From Verrucomicrobiota bacterium (GTDB lineage Bacteria > Verrucomicrobiota > Verrucomicrobiia > Verrucomicrobiales > Verrucomicrobiaceae): a DNA stretch of 49,136 nucleotides. The DNA lies in NCBI GenBank assembly GCA_046051905.1, contig JBJONJ010000452.1:1-49136 (forward strand), in the 5' to 3' direction. Positions 28,689-37,860 of this stretch are shown in pieces. The notes under the pieces were generated by a model that ran no database searches, had not been told where the DNA came from, and was given only the letters and a program-made list of their open reading frames with translations. The position numbers were made by a program, and so were the translations under genes. Every line of letters begins with the position of its first letter. Position 1 is the first letter of the stretch.

Positions 28689-29456
28689 ATGCTGCGCCGT
28701 CTCAAAGTCTTGATCCAGAACCTGCTCGCACGAGCAGGCTATTCCATCGCGAAAATCCAGGCCTCCGAATCCCTTGCGGTAAAGCAGGCCTTGCTCGGCG
28801 ACGCCAGAATCATCCTTGATGTGGGTGCCAATATTGGTGGCATGACCGCGGACTACGCTACCGCATTCCCGCATGCGCGGGTTCATTCCTTCGAGCCCTT
28901 CAGCGAGCCTGCCGCCAGACTCCGCGAGCGTTTCGCCGGTGATTCGCGGGTGCAAGTCCACGAACTCGCCGTCGCCGCCAAATCCGGCACCCAACACTTC
29001 CACACCAATCTCACCGAGACCACCAACTCACTCCTGCCCGTCGAAGCCGATGCCGTGAACGCCTGGGGCGGCCGACTCACCGCCACCGGCCCCGGAGTGA
29101 CGGTGAAAACCACCACCATCGACGAGTTTTGCGATCAGCACGGCATAACCGCCATTGACCTGCTCAAGCTCGACATTCAAGGCGGCGAATTCGAAGCGCT
29201 CAAAGGTGCCGAGCGCATGCTCGCCGCTGGGCGAATCCAGCTCATCTTCTGCGAGATCATTCTCGAAAAGTGCTACCAGGGCCAGCAACCACTCTGGGCC
29301 TACATCGAAAGGCTCAGCCGCCACGGTTACATGCTCGTTGATGTCTTTGACCTTCACCGGAAGGACATGCGCATCATGCAGTTGGACGCGCTTTTCGTCT
29401 CTCCCGCCCTCGCGAAATCCCGCGGCTACCAGCAGGTGCTGTGGACCACGCCATGA
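28689..29456 (+). CDS. FkbM-family methyltransferase
   Basis: LDVGANIG, HSFEP, IDLLKLDIQGGE..ALKGA. Confidence 0.9.
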   Translation: MLRRLKVLIQNLLARAGYSIAKIQASESLAVKQALLGDARIILDVGANIGGMTADYATAFPHARVHSFEPFSEPAARLRERFAGDSRVQVHELAVAAKSGTQHFHTNLTETTNSLLPVEADAVNAWGGRLTATGPGVTVKTTTIDEFCDQHGITAIDLLKLDIQGGEFEALKGAERMLAAGRIQLIFCEIILEKCYQGQQPLWAYIERLSRHGYMLVDVFDLHRKDMRIMQLDALFVSPALAKSRGYQQVLWTTP

Positions 29457-30547
29457 GTTCCTCCTCGCAGCCCCTCATCGTACTCGCAGCCTATGGCGTG
29501 CGCACCTGGAAGGATCGCCCGCGCCGCCACCTCGACATCCATCCAGTGCCAAGCGAGGGCCGCGCGATCGTGGATGAATGGTTTGAGTCCGATGATGAGG
29601 TCACGAAGCACCACCATCTGCGGCCGCGCAGCCATGCCTCACGCCTCGTCACCGCCTTCCGCCTCATTTGGAAAAACCGTCAACCGCTTCGTGATGCCCG
29701 TTTCATCTACTGCCTCGATGGCATGCACTTCTCCGCACTGCTGATGCTGGCTCGTGTCGGCCTCTTCAAAACAGCCGGAAAGACCATCCGCCGCTACTGC
29801 TTTCACGACCGCGCCGTCCGCCGCCTCGCGCCGATGCTAAAACAAGCTCCGCCAGCCTTTCAGCTCGAATGCATCACGCGCCAGCAATGTGAAATAGGCT
29901 CCAACCTGCTCGGCAAAGGCCGCGTGGTCTTCCGCCGATGGAAGATCGACACCGAATGGTATCAGCCAGAGGGCTCAGCGCAGGATGGTGCCTGTCTGCT
30001 CGCTGGAAACGCCTGCCGCGATGAGGCGATGGTGGATGGCCTTCTCGCTCAAGGCATCGCCGTGACCCGTGCGGGGCGTGCGGATGCCTTGCAGCGTCGT
30101 TTTGCGGCTCAACTAAAGAATCCGCTCTTCAAGCTCGCCTTGAACACCTCGCATCCCGATTATCTGAGGCTGCTGCGTTCGAGCTGCGCGGTGCTGCTGC
30201 CCATTTTGCCATGTGATGAACCAGCGGGCCTCACCGCCGCGATGGAGGCTCTCGCCTGTGAAGTTCCTATCCTCGCCAATTGCAGCATGGGCATCGCAGA
30301 GCTCTTCGAGTCATGCCGCTATCCGCTGCCGCTCATCGACTCGCTAGATCCTCAGGCATGGGCCGCCGCTATTCGCGATCTCGAAGCTCAAAAAACCTCC
30401 ACCACCTTTCGCGAAGCTCTCGCCGCCTCGCGACAGCGTTTGCTCGATCAGCATTCGATCCAGCCGGAAGGCCATGACTGGTTCGACATCCTCGGAGACT
30501 CCTCCCCTGCCGCCGCGCCTGCCGCGGCGATGCTTCAGCCCGTATGA
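29453..30547 (+). CDS. Divergent GT-B glycosyltransferase
   Basis: IDTEWY and EPAGLTAAMEALACEVPIL resemble the GT4 C-terminal motif; operon context. Confidence 0.6.
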   Translation: MSSSSQPLIVLAAYGVRTWKDRPRRHLDIHPVPSEGRAIVDEWFESDDEVTKHHHLRPRSHASRLVTAFRLIWKNRQPLRDARFIYCLDGMHFSALLMLARVGLFKTAGKTIRRYCFHDRAVRRLAPMLKQAPPAFQLECITRQQCEIGSNLLGKGRVVFRRWKIDTEWYQPEGSAQDGACLLAGNACRDEAMVDGLLAQGIAVTRAGRADALQRRFAAQLKNPLFKLALNTSHPDYLRLLRSSCAVLLPILPCDEPAGLTAAMEALACEVPILANCSMGIAELFESCRYPLPLIDSLDPQAWAAAIRDLEAQKTSTTFREALAASRQRLLDQHSIQPEGHDWFDILGDSSPAAAPAAAMLQPV

Positions 30548-31686
30548 GACCTTCGCTGCTGCTCATCAGCCATGCTTACGCTGCCCTGGAGAACCGCAAA
30601 AAGCTCCAAGCGCTCGCCGCGCATGTCGATCTCGTCTGCGTCACCTCCGTCATCGAGACTCACACCGTGCTCGGACGCTCCGCGGCGGACTTTGACAACG
30701 AAAGCGATGCGCCCGCCCGCCGCTACGAACTCATCCGCCTGCCTCGTCTCGGCCGTGGCATCACCACCTTTATTTATCGTGGCCTTGGAAACATCATGCG
30801 CAGCCGCCACTTCGATGCCGTCCTCGTCGAAAACGAACCCTGGGCCTTCGTTCGCTGGCAATCACGCCTCCTTGCAGGCCTTCATCAGCGTGAGGCTATC
30901 TTTGGCGAGTTTACTTGGGAAAATGTCCCGCGTCCCGGATGGAAGGGAATGGTCCTCAGCCTGATTTATCGAGCTGCCGCTACCACGACAGATTTTGTCA
31001 TCGCGGGCAATCAAGCCGCTGGAAAGCTCTTCGGCATCTCCGAGGAGCATTTACTCGTCGCTCCGCAAATCGGCGTCGATCTCGGGAACCATCAACCTGC
31101 CGCGCTGTCGGATCGAAACACCCTTCGTCAAGCCTGTGGCCTTCCGCGCGATGCTTTCGTCGTCGGCTACTGTGGACGCTTCGCCGAGGAAAAAGGCCTT
31201 CGCGAGCTCGTGCAGGCCTGTGAGGAGGTAGGTGATCTTCATCTCGCCATGCTCGGCTCCGGTGCGTTGGAGTCCTGGCTTCGGGATGAAGCGTCGAAGA
31301 AGCCCTGGCTGCATCTTCTCCCGCCTCGCACCCACTCCGGGATCCCGGATTTCCTCCGTTGCCTCGATGTCTTTGTCCTGGCCAGTAAATCCGTTCACAG
31401 TATGAAACTCTGCTGGGAAGAGCAATTCGGCCACGTCCTCATCGAGGCGATGGCGTGCGGCGTCGCCACCCTCGGCGCACGCAGTGGAGCCATTCCCGAA
31501 GTCCTCGCCGATGACGCCGCACTCTTCCCTTCTGGCGATGCCACCACGCTCGCCCAACGTCTCCGCGACTTGAAACAAGGTTCCGAGCTCGCCACGCGAC
31601 AACTTCAACGCGTTCGCACCCTCTTTACCCACGAGGCCCTCGCCGCCCGGTGGGTCGGATTCATTCAGCAGCGCCTGTCTTCATGA
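30544..31686 (+). CDS. Glycosyltransferase family 4
   Basis: GYCGRFAEEKG, WEEQFGHVLIEAMACG, SGAIPEV. Confidence 0.9.
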   Translation: MRPSLLLISHAYAALENRKKLQALAAHVDLVCVTSVIETHTVLGRSAADFDNESDAPARRYELIRLPRLGRGITTFIYRGLGNIMRSRHFDAVLVENEPWAFVRWQSRLLAGLHQREAIFGEFTWENVPRPGWKGMVLSLIYRAAATTTDFVIAGNQAAGKLFGISEEHLLVAPQIGVDLGNHQPAALSDRNTLRQACGLPRDAFVVGYCGRFAEEKGLRELVQACEEVGDLHLAMLGSGALESWLRDEASKKPWLHLLPPRTHSGIPDFLRCLDVFVLASKSVHSMKLCWEEQFGHVLIEAMACGVATLGARSGAIPEVLADDAALFPSGDATTLAQRLRDLKQGSELATRQLQRVRTLFTHEALAARWVGFIQQRLSS

Positions 31687-32816
31687 ACACGCAAACACTC
31701 ATGGAAAGGGATCAGGCGCTGATCACGCTTGTTGACATGCTACGCGGCTTCCTCGCTATCATGGTGCTAATCGCGCATGGTTTGGAAGCCGCGCATCTGG
31801 CGCTGCCATCGGCCTCGTTTCCCACCATGCTGGACTTCACACTTGCCAGGGGTGGATACTGGGTATCGGGCTTTTTTGTTCTTTCGGGTTTTTGCATTCA
31901 TCGCTCCATTCTCGGACAGCAGGCTCAAGGCACGGGACTGGCGGCGGGATTCTACGCGCTCGCCCGCGTCTCTCGCATCTACCCGGTTTATCTGGTGGCT
32001 TTGGTTCTGGCCCTGTCCTCCAGTCCCTGGCCGGGTTCACTGATGATCGGCGGGCACCTGCTCATGATGCAGGGCATCACTGGCGTTCTTCCCGCCATCA
32101 AGCCCGCGTGGAGCCTCACTAACGAGATGGTTTACTACGCCGCCTGGCCCGCTGTCCTGATTGCCTGCCGCTTCAGGCATTTCCGCGCCTTTGCTGTCGC
32201 TTTCGCCGCTTCCACGGTGATGGCCGCGGTACTGTTTGCTCTGTGGAAAAGCCTCCACGGTGGCGCGGCGGACTCCTCCTGGCTCGCCTTGGCCATGATC
32301 GCCGCCTCGTTTCCCGGCTGGCTAGGTGGTGCCGCCCTAGCCCACGGGTGGCATATTCTTCAAAGTCGATCGCAAGGGTGGATGACATGGGCCGGGCTGC
32401 TGCTGCTGCTGGCAGGTTATGCCGCTCAAGCCTGGCTTATGCATCTCAATGCCCGCACGATGCTTTTGTGCGCCGTCACCTATGTCTCGCTGCCTGGCTG
32501 GCTCCTGCTCCTGCTCGGCGGCAGCACCTGGCGCGGGTTTGACCGCTGGCGCTCAGCCGCAGCATGGATGGGCCTGCTCAGCTACCCTCTCTACATCATG
32601 CACCAGCCTTTGCTCGACATCACCGCCTCCGCCTTGCGCCATTTGGCACCCTCAGGCTCCCTGACCATGCTCACGCTGATGCTCGTCGCCGTGGTCTTGA
32701 CCATCGTCATCGTGATCGGAGTTCCGCTGGAGCGCTGGACGCTCAACAAACGAGGCGCGCTTCTGCGCCGCCTGCGATCAAGACAGGCTCTGACTCTCCC
32801 CGTCGTTTCCCAATGA
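31683..32816 (+). CDS. Acyltransferase family 3 (OafA-like O-acyltransferase)
   Basis: DMLRGFLAIMVLIAH, FFVLSGF, RVSRIYP, WSLTNEMVYY, GLLSYPLYIMH. Confidence 0.9.
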   Translation: MNTQTLMERDQALITLVDMLRGFLAIMVLIAHGLEAAHLALPSASFPTMLDFTLARGGYWVSGFFVLSGFCIHRSILGQQAQGTGLAAGFYALARVSRIYPVYLVALVLALSSSPWPGSLMIGGHLLMMQGITGVLPAIKPAWSLTNEMVYYAAWPAVLIACRFRHFRAFAVAFAASTVMAAVLFALWKSLHGGAADSSWLALAMIAASFPGWLGGAALAHGWHILQSRSQGWMTWAGLLLLLAGYAAQAWLMHLNARTMLLCAVTYVSLPGWLLLLLGGSTWRGFDRWRSAAAWMGLLSYPLYIMHQPLLDITASALRHLAPSGSLTMLTLMLVAVVLTIVIVIGVPLERWTLNKRGALLRRLRSRQALTLPVVSQ

Positions 32817-33547
32817 AAAATTACCGCGACATCCTCTACCGTGACTACTCCTCCGCCTTCGGCGAGCAGAAGACCTACGACGCCGCCACTCAACATGCGC
32901 AATACGAAGCCAGCTACGACGGCCTACCCTCGCGAAAAGACGCCGCCATCGCCGATCTCGGCTGCGGCAAGGGCGAGTGGCTCGGCTGGCTGCAGGCGAA
33001 AGGCTATTCAAACCTCACCGGCGTGGACCTCTCCCCCTCCGATCTTGGCTTCGCCCGCCGGCAGCGGCCTTCCGGTGCCTGGTTCGAGCAAAACGTGATC
33101 GACTTCCTCGAAGCCCATCCGGCCTCGTTCGACCTGCTGCATGCCAAAGACATCGTCGAGCACTTCACGAAGGACGAATTCCTCCGCTTCCTCACCGCGG
33201 GGAGGCAAGCGCTGAAACCAGGTGGCGAGTTGTGGCTGCTCACCTTCAATGCACAAAGCCCGCTAGCCTCCGCCACGCGCTATGGCGATCTCACCCACGA
33301 GCTAGGCCTCACGCCCGGCAGCATGGCTCAGGGTATGCGTGCCTGCGGCTTCGCCCGCATCGCCGTGCAGGGCCGACACTACTGCTCCACCGCCCGCTCC
33401 GGGAAGGTGCGCCGCCTGCTCGGCAAAGTGATTTACCGATGCGCCCGTCTGATGCTGAAAGTCCGCCACGGTGCCGTCGGAACGAGCCAAGAAATCGACT
33501 TCCTCTGCGCCGAACCGGACCTCTTCGGCCGAGGAGGCATCATTTGA
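32813..33547 (+). CDS. Class I SAM-dependent methyltransferase
   Basis: ATG at 32813 overlaps the previous stop; DLGCGKG, GVDLS, DIVEH, LKPGG, YGDLTH. Confidence 0.85.
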   Translation: MKNYRDILYRDYSSAFGEQKTYDAATQHAQYEASYDGLPSRKDAAIADLGCGKGEWLGWLQAKGYSNLTGVDLSPSDLGFARRQRPSGAWFEQNVIDFLEAHPASFDLLHAKDIVEHFTKDEFLRFLTAGRQALKPGGELWLLTFNAQSPLASATRYGDLTHELGLTPGSMAQGMRACGFARIAVQGRHYCSTARSGKVRRLLGKVIYRCARLMLKVRHGAVGTSQEIDFLCAEPDLFGRGGII

Positions 33548-33550
33548 ATT

Positions 33551-34621
33551 ATGTCCCTCCATCTACACATCGCTCCAACACCGCCCGTGATGGGCTGGGC
33601 CAGCATGAACCGCTATGCTCATGAGCTTTGCGACATCAGCGGCATGCGTGAACGCTGCCTGCTGCCTATCGCCGCCGTGGATACCCCTGGAGGCTCACGC
33701 CTTCAACGCCTCTGGATGCGCCGAGTGACGTATCCACGTCTCATCCGGTCCCGCGCACGCAGCGGCATCCTTCACATCCTCGATCATAGCTTTGCCGATC
33801 TCCTACCACATGTGCCGCAAGGTGTCCGCACCGTGGTCACGCTCCACGATCTGATCCCGCTCGTCGATCCCAGCGGCCTTACTGAGGCTCAGCGTGCGCG
33901 CTACTTTCGCGCGGTGGCGCATCTCCGCCTCGCTGACGCCGTCTCCTGCGACTCCGCGGTGAGTCGTGACGAGGCAATTCGCCTTCTTCAACTCGATCCA
34001 GCCAAGCTCCACGTCGTCCCGCTCGGCTGCACCGAACTTCCTCCACCTTGTCCTGAGGCGGTCAAACAAGCGCAAAGCACGCAGCCTTACTTTTTCAGTG
34101 TCGGCAGTGCTCTTCCGCGAAAAAACCTCGCCGCGCTTCCGGCGATGCTCGCTGGCCTTGGCAAAATTACGCTTGTGCGGGCTGGACACAAACTCCCCGA
34201 AAGCCTCGCCAGCGACATCCGCCAGCATGCCACGCTCATTGAGCTCGGTCGCGCCAGTGACGCGCAACTCACCGCTTGGTACGCCCATGCCACCGCCACC
34301 TTGATTCCCTCCACGCATGAAGGCTTCGGCCTGCCCGTGCTCGAGGCCATGCAGCTCGGCTGCCCCGTCGTCTGCGCTCGTGCGACCAGCCTGCCCGAGG
34401 TCGGCGGCGATGCCGCGCTCTACTTTGACCTCGATGATCTTCCCGCTGGCAATGCCGCTTGCCGTCTTTTGCTCAATGACACCGTCGAACGCCAGCGCCG
34501 CTCCGAGGCCTCGCGGGCGCATGTGAAGGATTTCTCATGGCAAGCCCACTGGAACGGCCTCCAGCACATCTACCAAAGTCTCCTCACCTCGAAACGGGGT
34601 GATGGAGTGTCGGGGGCATGA
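33551..34621 (+). CDS. Glycosyltransferase family 4
   Basis: VVTLHDLIP, PRKNL, PSTHEGFGLPVLEAMQLG, SLPEVGG. Confidence 0.9.
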   Translation: MSLHLHIAPTPPVMGWASMNRYAHELCDISGMRERCLLPIAAVDTPGGSRLQRLWMRRVTYPRLIRSRARSGILHILDHSFADLLPHVPQGVRTVVTLHDLIPLVDPSGLTEAQRARYFRAVAHLRLADAVSCDSAVSRDEAIRLLQLDPAKLHVVPLGCTELPPPCPEAVKQAQSTQPYFFSVGSALPRKNLAALPAMLAGLGKITLVRAGHKLPESLASDIRQHATLIELGRASDAQLTAWYAHATATLIPSTHEGFGLPVLEAMQLGCPVVCARATSLPEVGGDAALYFDLDDLPAGNAACRLLLNDTVERQRRSEASRAHVKDFSWQAHWNGLQHIYQSLLTSKRGDGVSGA

Positions 34622-35622
34622 ATCTAGGCATTCAATCAACCCTCCAGCACTCCATCACCCCAGCCTCTTGGTCAGCTCCTGTGTCCCGAATCCTGTCCAT
34701 CGCCCTGCTTCTCGCCGCCGCGGTGATCCTTGTCGGTGTGCTACCGTATGCCGCAGGCTATGGCCCCATCAAGCGAACCATCCTCTCGCACCTGCTGATG
34801 TATTGGAAGGATCCCACTTGGCAGCATGGCGCTCTCGCCCTGCCCATCTCAGGTTACTTGATCTGGCGGCGCCGCGATGAAATCTCCGCCCTCCCAGCCA
34901 CGCCTTCCTATCTCGGGATGCCGCTGATCCTGATCGCCTTGTTCTTCTACTATGCGGGCTATCGGGCGAACAACTTCTACCTTGGCTTCATCGGCCTGAT
35001 GACGCTCGTCGCCGGATCTTTACTGTGGCTCATCGGCATTCGCCGCAGCTGGGAAAGTGTCTTCCCATGGCTCATGCTCGGCTTTGCCTGGCCCCTGGCC
35101 TTTCTGGAAAGCAGTCTCGCCTTCGAAATGCGATTCCTCATGATCCGGTTCACCTCGGGTGTGCTAAACTTTCTCAGTGTGCCCGTCATCCAAGAAGGCA
35201 CCACGCTCCTCTCCGGCCCCGCGCCTGGCCGCGCGGCAGGAGCGTTGTTCAGCCTGAATGTGGAAGGCCCCTGCTCCGGCATGCGCAGCCTGTTTGCATT
35301 GATGATGGTCGGTGCCTTGTTCAGCTACCATCGCCAGAAAGGATTCTGGCGGCGCTGGCTCCTCTTCCTCATGACTTTCCCGCTCGCCGTGCTGGCAAAC
35401 ATGACCCGAATCCTCGTGCTCCTCGGTGCCTCCACCCTCTTCGGTCAGTCCTTCGCCATCGGCGATGCCGACAAAGAAGTCTCCAACTTCCATTTCCTCA
35501 CCGGCATCGTCGTCTTCCTCGTCGCCCTCGCGGGCCTGCAAGGCATTGCGTGGCTCATGGATCGCATTGATAAAACGGAACGCGCCTCGACGGTGCGACG
35601 CATCGCCGTCTCCAACGCATGA
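34618..35622 (+). CDS. Exosortase (EpsH family)
   Basis: Multi-TM protein with the Cys-Arg-His triad: VEGPCSGMRSL, LANMTRI, NFHFLTG. Confidence 0.88.
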   Translation: MNLGIQSTLQHSITPASWSAPVSRILSIALLLAAAVILVGVLPYAAGYGPIKRTILSHLLMYWKDPTWQHGALALPISGYLIWRRRDEISALPATPSYLGMPLILIALFFYYAGYRANNFYLGFIGLMTLVAGSLLWLIGIRRSWESVFPWLMLGFAWPLAFLESSLAFEMRFLMIRFTSGVLNFLSVPVIQEGTTLLSGPAPGRAAGALFSLNVEGPCSGMRSLFALMMVGALFSYHRQKGFWRRWLLFLMTFPLAVLANMTRILVLLGASTLFGQSFAIGDADKEVSNFHFLTGIVVFLVALAGLQGIAWLMDRIDKTERASTVRRIAVSNA

Positions 35623-36323
35623 TCTGGCGCTCGCTCATCATTCTCGGACTCAGTGGCCTCACGGCGTGGCTGTGTCATTCCTCGCCCTCAGCACGCGGTG
35701 GTGATGATGCAGGCGTGGTCGCCGAGCTCCCGCTGGTTGCCGGCATTTACATCGGTGAGGTCGAGGCTCAGTCTGACATGGAGAAAAAGCTCCTCCCGGC
35801 CGACACCACACAGGTCAAGCGCACCTATCGCACGCCCGGCCAACATGTCGAAGAGCGGGATGTCGCCCACGCTTCCCTCGTCATTGCTGGTGAAGATACA
35901 CGCAGCATTCACCGCCCTGAAGTTTGCCTTCCCGGCCAAGGCTGGACCATCACCAGCTCCCGAGTGCTGCCTGTCGAGCTGCCCACAGGCCAGGAGCTTT
36001 ATGTGCGCGATCTTTCTCTCGAACGTCTCGACCTGCGCAGCACAGATCGCCGCGTGCTCAAGGCGCACTACATCTACTGGTTCGTCGGCAAAGACGTCAC
36101 CACCACGAGTGACGCCAAGCGACAGTGGCTCAGCTTCAGTGACAGCGTCTTCCGCCAGGTGAACCACCGCTGGGCCTATCCTTCCATCATGGCCATCGTC
36201 ACCCAAGGCCTCCATCCTCAGCAATCCGGCCAACGCGAGCGAACCGATTCGCAAACCGTCGGCATGCTCCTCGATCTCATCCGCGCCCTCGCGCCGAAGT
36301 TTCAGAAGAACCTGATGCCATGA
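35619..36323 (+). CDS. epsI: Exosortase-associated EpsI family protein
   Basis: SIHRPEVCLPGQGW motif, YIYWFV; directly follows the exosortase. Confidence 0.8.
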   Translation: MIWRSLIILGLSGLTAWLCHSSPSARGGDDAGVVAELPLVAGIYIGEVEAQSDMEKKLLPADTTQVKRTYRTPGQHVEERDVAHASLVIAGEDTRSIHRPEVCLPGQGWTITSSRVLPVELPTGQELYVRDLSLERLDLRSTDRRVLKAHYIYWFVGKDVTTTSDAKRQWLSFSDSVFRQVNHRWAYPSIMAIVTQGLHPQQSGQRERTDSQTVGMLLDLIRALAPKFQKNLMP

Positions 36324-37120
36324 TCGCGGCGCTCCATCATCATCTCAAGCCTCTGCAACGCGTCGCCGTTGCCTACTCCGGCGGGGTGGATAGCTCGCTG
36401 GTGCTCAAGGCGTCCTTGGATGCGCTGGGCTCCGCGAACGTGATCGCCCTGCTCGCCGTCTCACCCAGCCTTCCGCAAAGCGAGAGAGACGAAGCCGTCC
36501 AGCTCGCCAAATCCCTCGGCGCACGCTTGGAACTGCTCCTGACCGCCGAAACGGACGATCCGCGTTATCAGGCCAACGCACCCAACCGCTGCTACTTCTG
36601 CAAAGACCACGTGTATCGAGCACTCCGCCAGTTTGCGGAGCAAAACGGCCTCGAACACGTCCTCGATGGCATGAACGCCGAGGACACGCTCGACGTGCGT
36701 CCCGGCCGCGCTGCCGCTCGCGAGTTGCATATTTTGAGCCCGCTGCATGAGCTCGGCTTCACCAAGCAGAACGTCCGCGAAGCCGCCAAGGCTCTTGGAT
36801 TGCCGAACTGGAACAAACCTGCGGCTGCCTGCCTCGCCTCACGCATTCCTTATGGCACCGCAGTGACGCCCAAACTGCTCTCGCAGGTCGAAAAAGCCGA
36901 AGCCTCTTTGTTTGACCTCGGCTTGCACGAGCTGCGCGTCCGCCACCACGGCGATGTCGCCCGCATCGAAGTGCCCGAGGCTGATTTGCACCTCGTTTTG
37001 AAGCAGCGTGACATCATCCACTCGGCGCTTAAAAACCTAGGCTATGTTTACATCACTCTCGACCTTGCCGGGCTACGCTCCGGAAGCATGAACGAAGTCC
37101 TTGCTGCCCGCACTGCATGA
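36320..37120 (+). CDS. larE: ATP-dependent sulfur transferase LarE (nickel-pincer cofactor biosynthesis)
   Basis: PP-loop AYSGGVDS, NRCYFCK, DGMNAED..RPG, ACLASRIPYG, RVRHH, GLRSGSMN. Confidence 0.9.
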   Translation: MIAALHHHLKPLQRVAVAYSGGVDSSLVLKASLDALGSANVIALLAVSPSLPQSERDEAVQLAKSLGARLELLLTAETDDPRYQANAPNRCYFCKDHVYRALRQFAEQNGLEHVLDGMNAEDTLDVRPGRAAARELHILSPLHELGFTKQNVREAAKALGLPNWNKPAAACLASRIPYGTAVTPKLLSQVEKAEASLFDLGLHELRVRHHGDVARIEVPEADLHLVLKQRDIIHSALKNLGYVYITLDLAGLRSGSMNEVLAARTA

Positions 37121-37860
37121 ACGAAGCCCGCCTCCGTGATCTCCTCACGCAAGTCAGTGAAGGCAGGCTGCCCACTGATGCAGCACTTGACCGGCTGCGG
37201 ACACTTCCCTTCACCGAAGTCGGCAGCGTGCTTGCGGACACGCATCGCTTGATCCGCCAGGGTTTCCCCGAGGCGGTCTTCGCTGAAGGCAAAACACTCA
37301 CGCAGATTACCGATGCACTTGCCGCGCTCGTCGCCGCACATGGCAGCGCCCTCGCCACACGTGTCCCTGCGGAAATGGCGAGCATTTTGCTGCAACGCTT
37401 CCCCACCGGCAGTTACGATGCTGTGTCACGTCTCTACCGAATCGGCCAGATGGAACGCGGCGGCACGCACGCACCCGTGCTCGTCATGAGTGCCGGCACG
37501 AGCGATCAACCTGTGGCAGAGGAAGCGGCGCAGACGCTTGAATTCGCTGGTGTGAAGGTCACGCGAGTGAATGATGTCGGCGTCGCCGGACTGCATCGCG
37601 TGCTTTCCAAGCTCGAGCTGCTGCGCAGCGCCAGCCTCCTCATCGTCGTGGCTGGGATGGATGGCGCCCTGCCAAGTGTCGTTGGTGGCCTCGTGGCCCA
37701 ACCCGTGATCGCCGTGCCCACCAGCATCGGCTACGGCGCGAGCCTCCATGGCATCGCCGCGTTGCTCACCATGCTCAATTCCTGCGCCAGCGGCCTCACC
37801 GTTGTGAACATCGACAACGGCTTCGGCGCCGCCGTGGCTGCTCTTCGCGTTCTCCGATGA
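37117..37860 (+). CDS. larB: Nickel-pincer cofactor biosynthesis protein LarB (PurE-like carboxylase/hydrolase)
   Basis: GFPEAVFAEGK, AGTSDQPVAEEA, DVGVAGLHR, AGMDGALPSV, AVPTSIGYG, MLNSCASG, VNIDNGFGAA. Confidence 0.92.
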   Translation: MNEARLRDLLTQVSEGRLPTDAALDRLRTLPFTEVGSVLADTHRLIRQGFPEAVFAEGKTLTQITDALAALVAAHGSALATRVPAEMASILLQRFPTGSYDAVSRLYRIGQMERGGTHAPVLVMSAGTSDQPVAEEAAQTLEFAGVKVTRVNDVGVAGLHRVLSKLELLRSASLLIVVAGMDGALPSVVGGLVAQPVIAVPTSIGYGASLHGIAALLTMLNSCASGLTVVNIDNGFGAAVAALRVLR

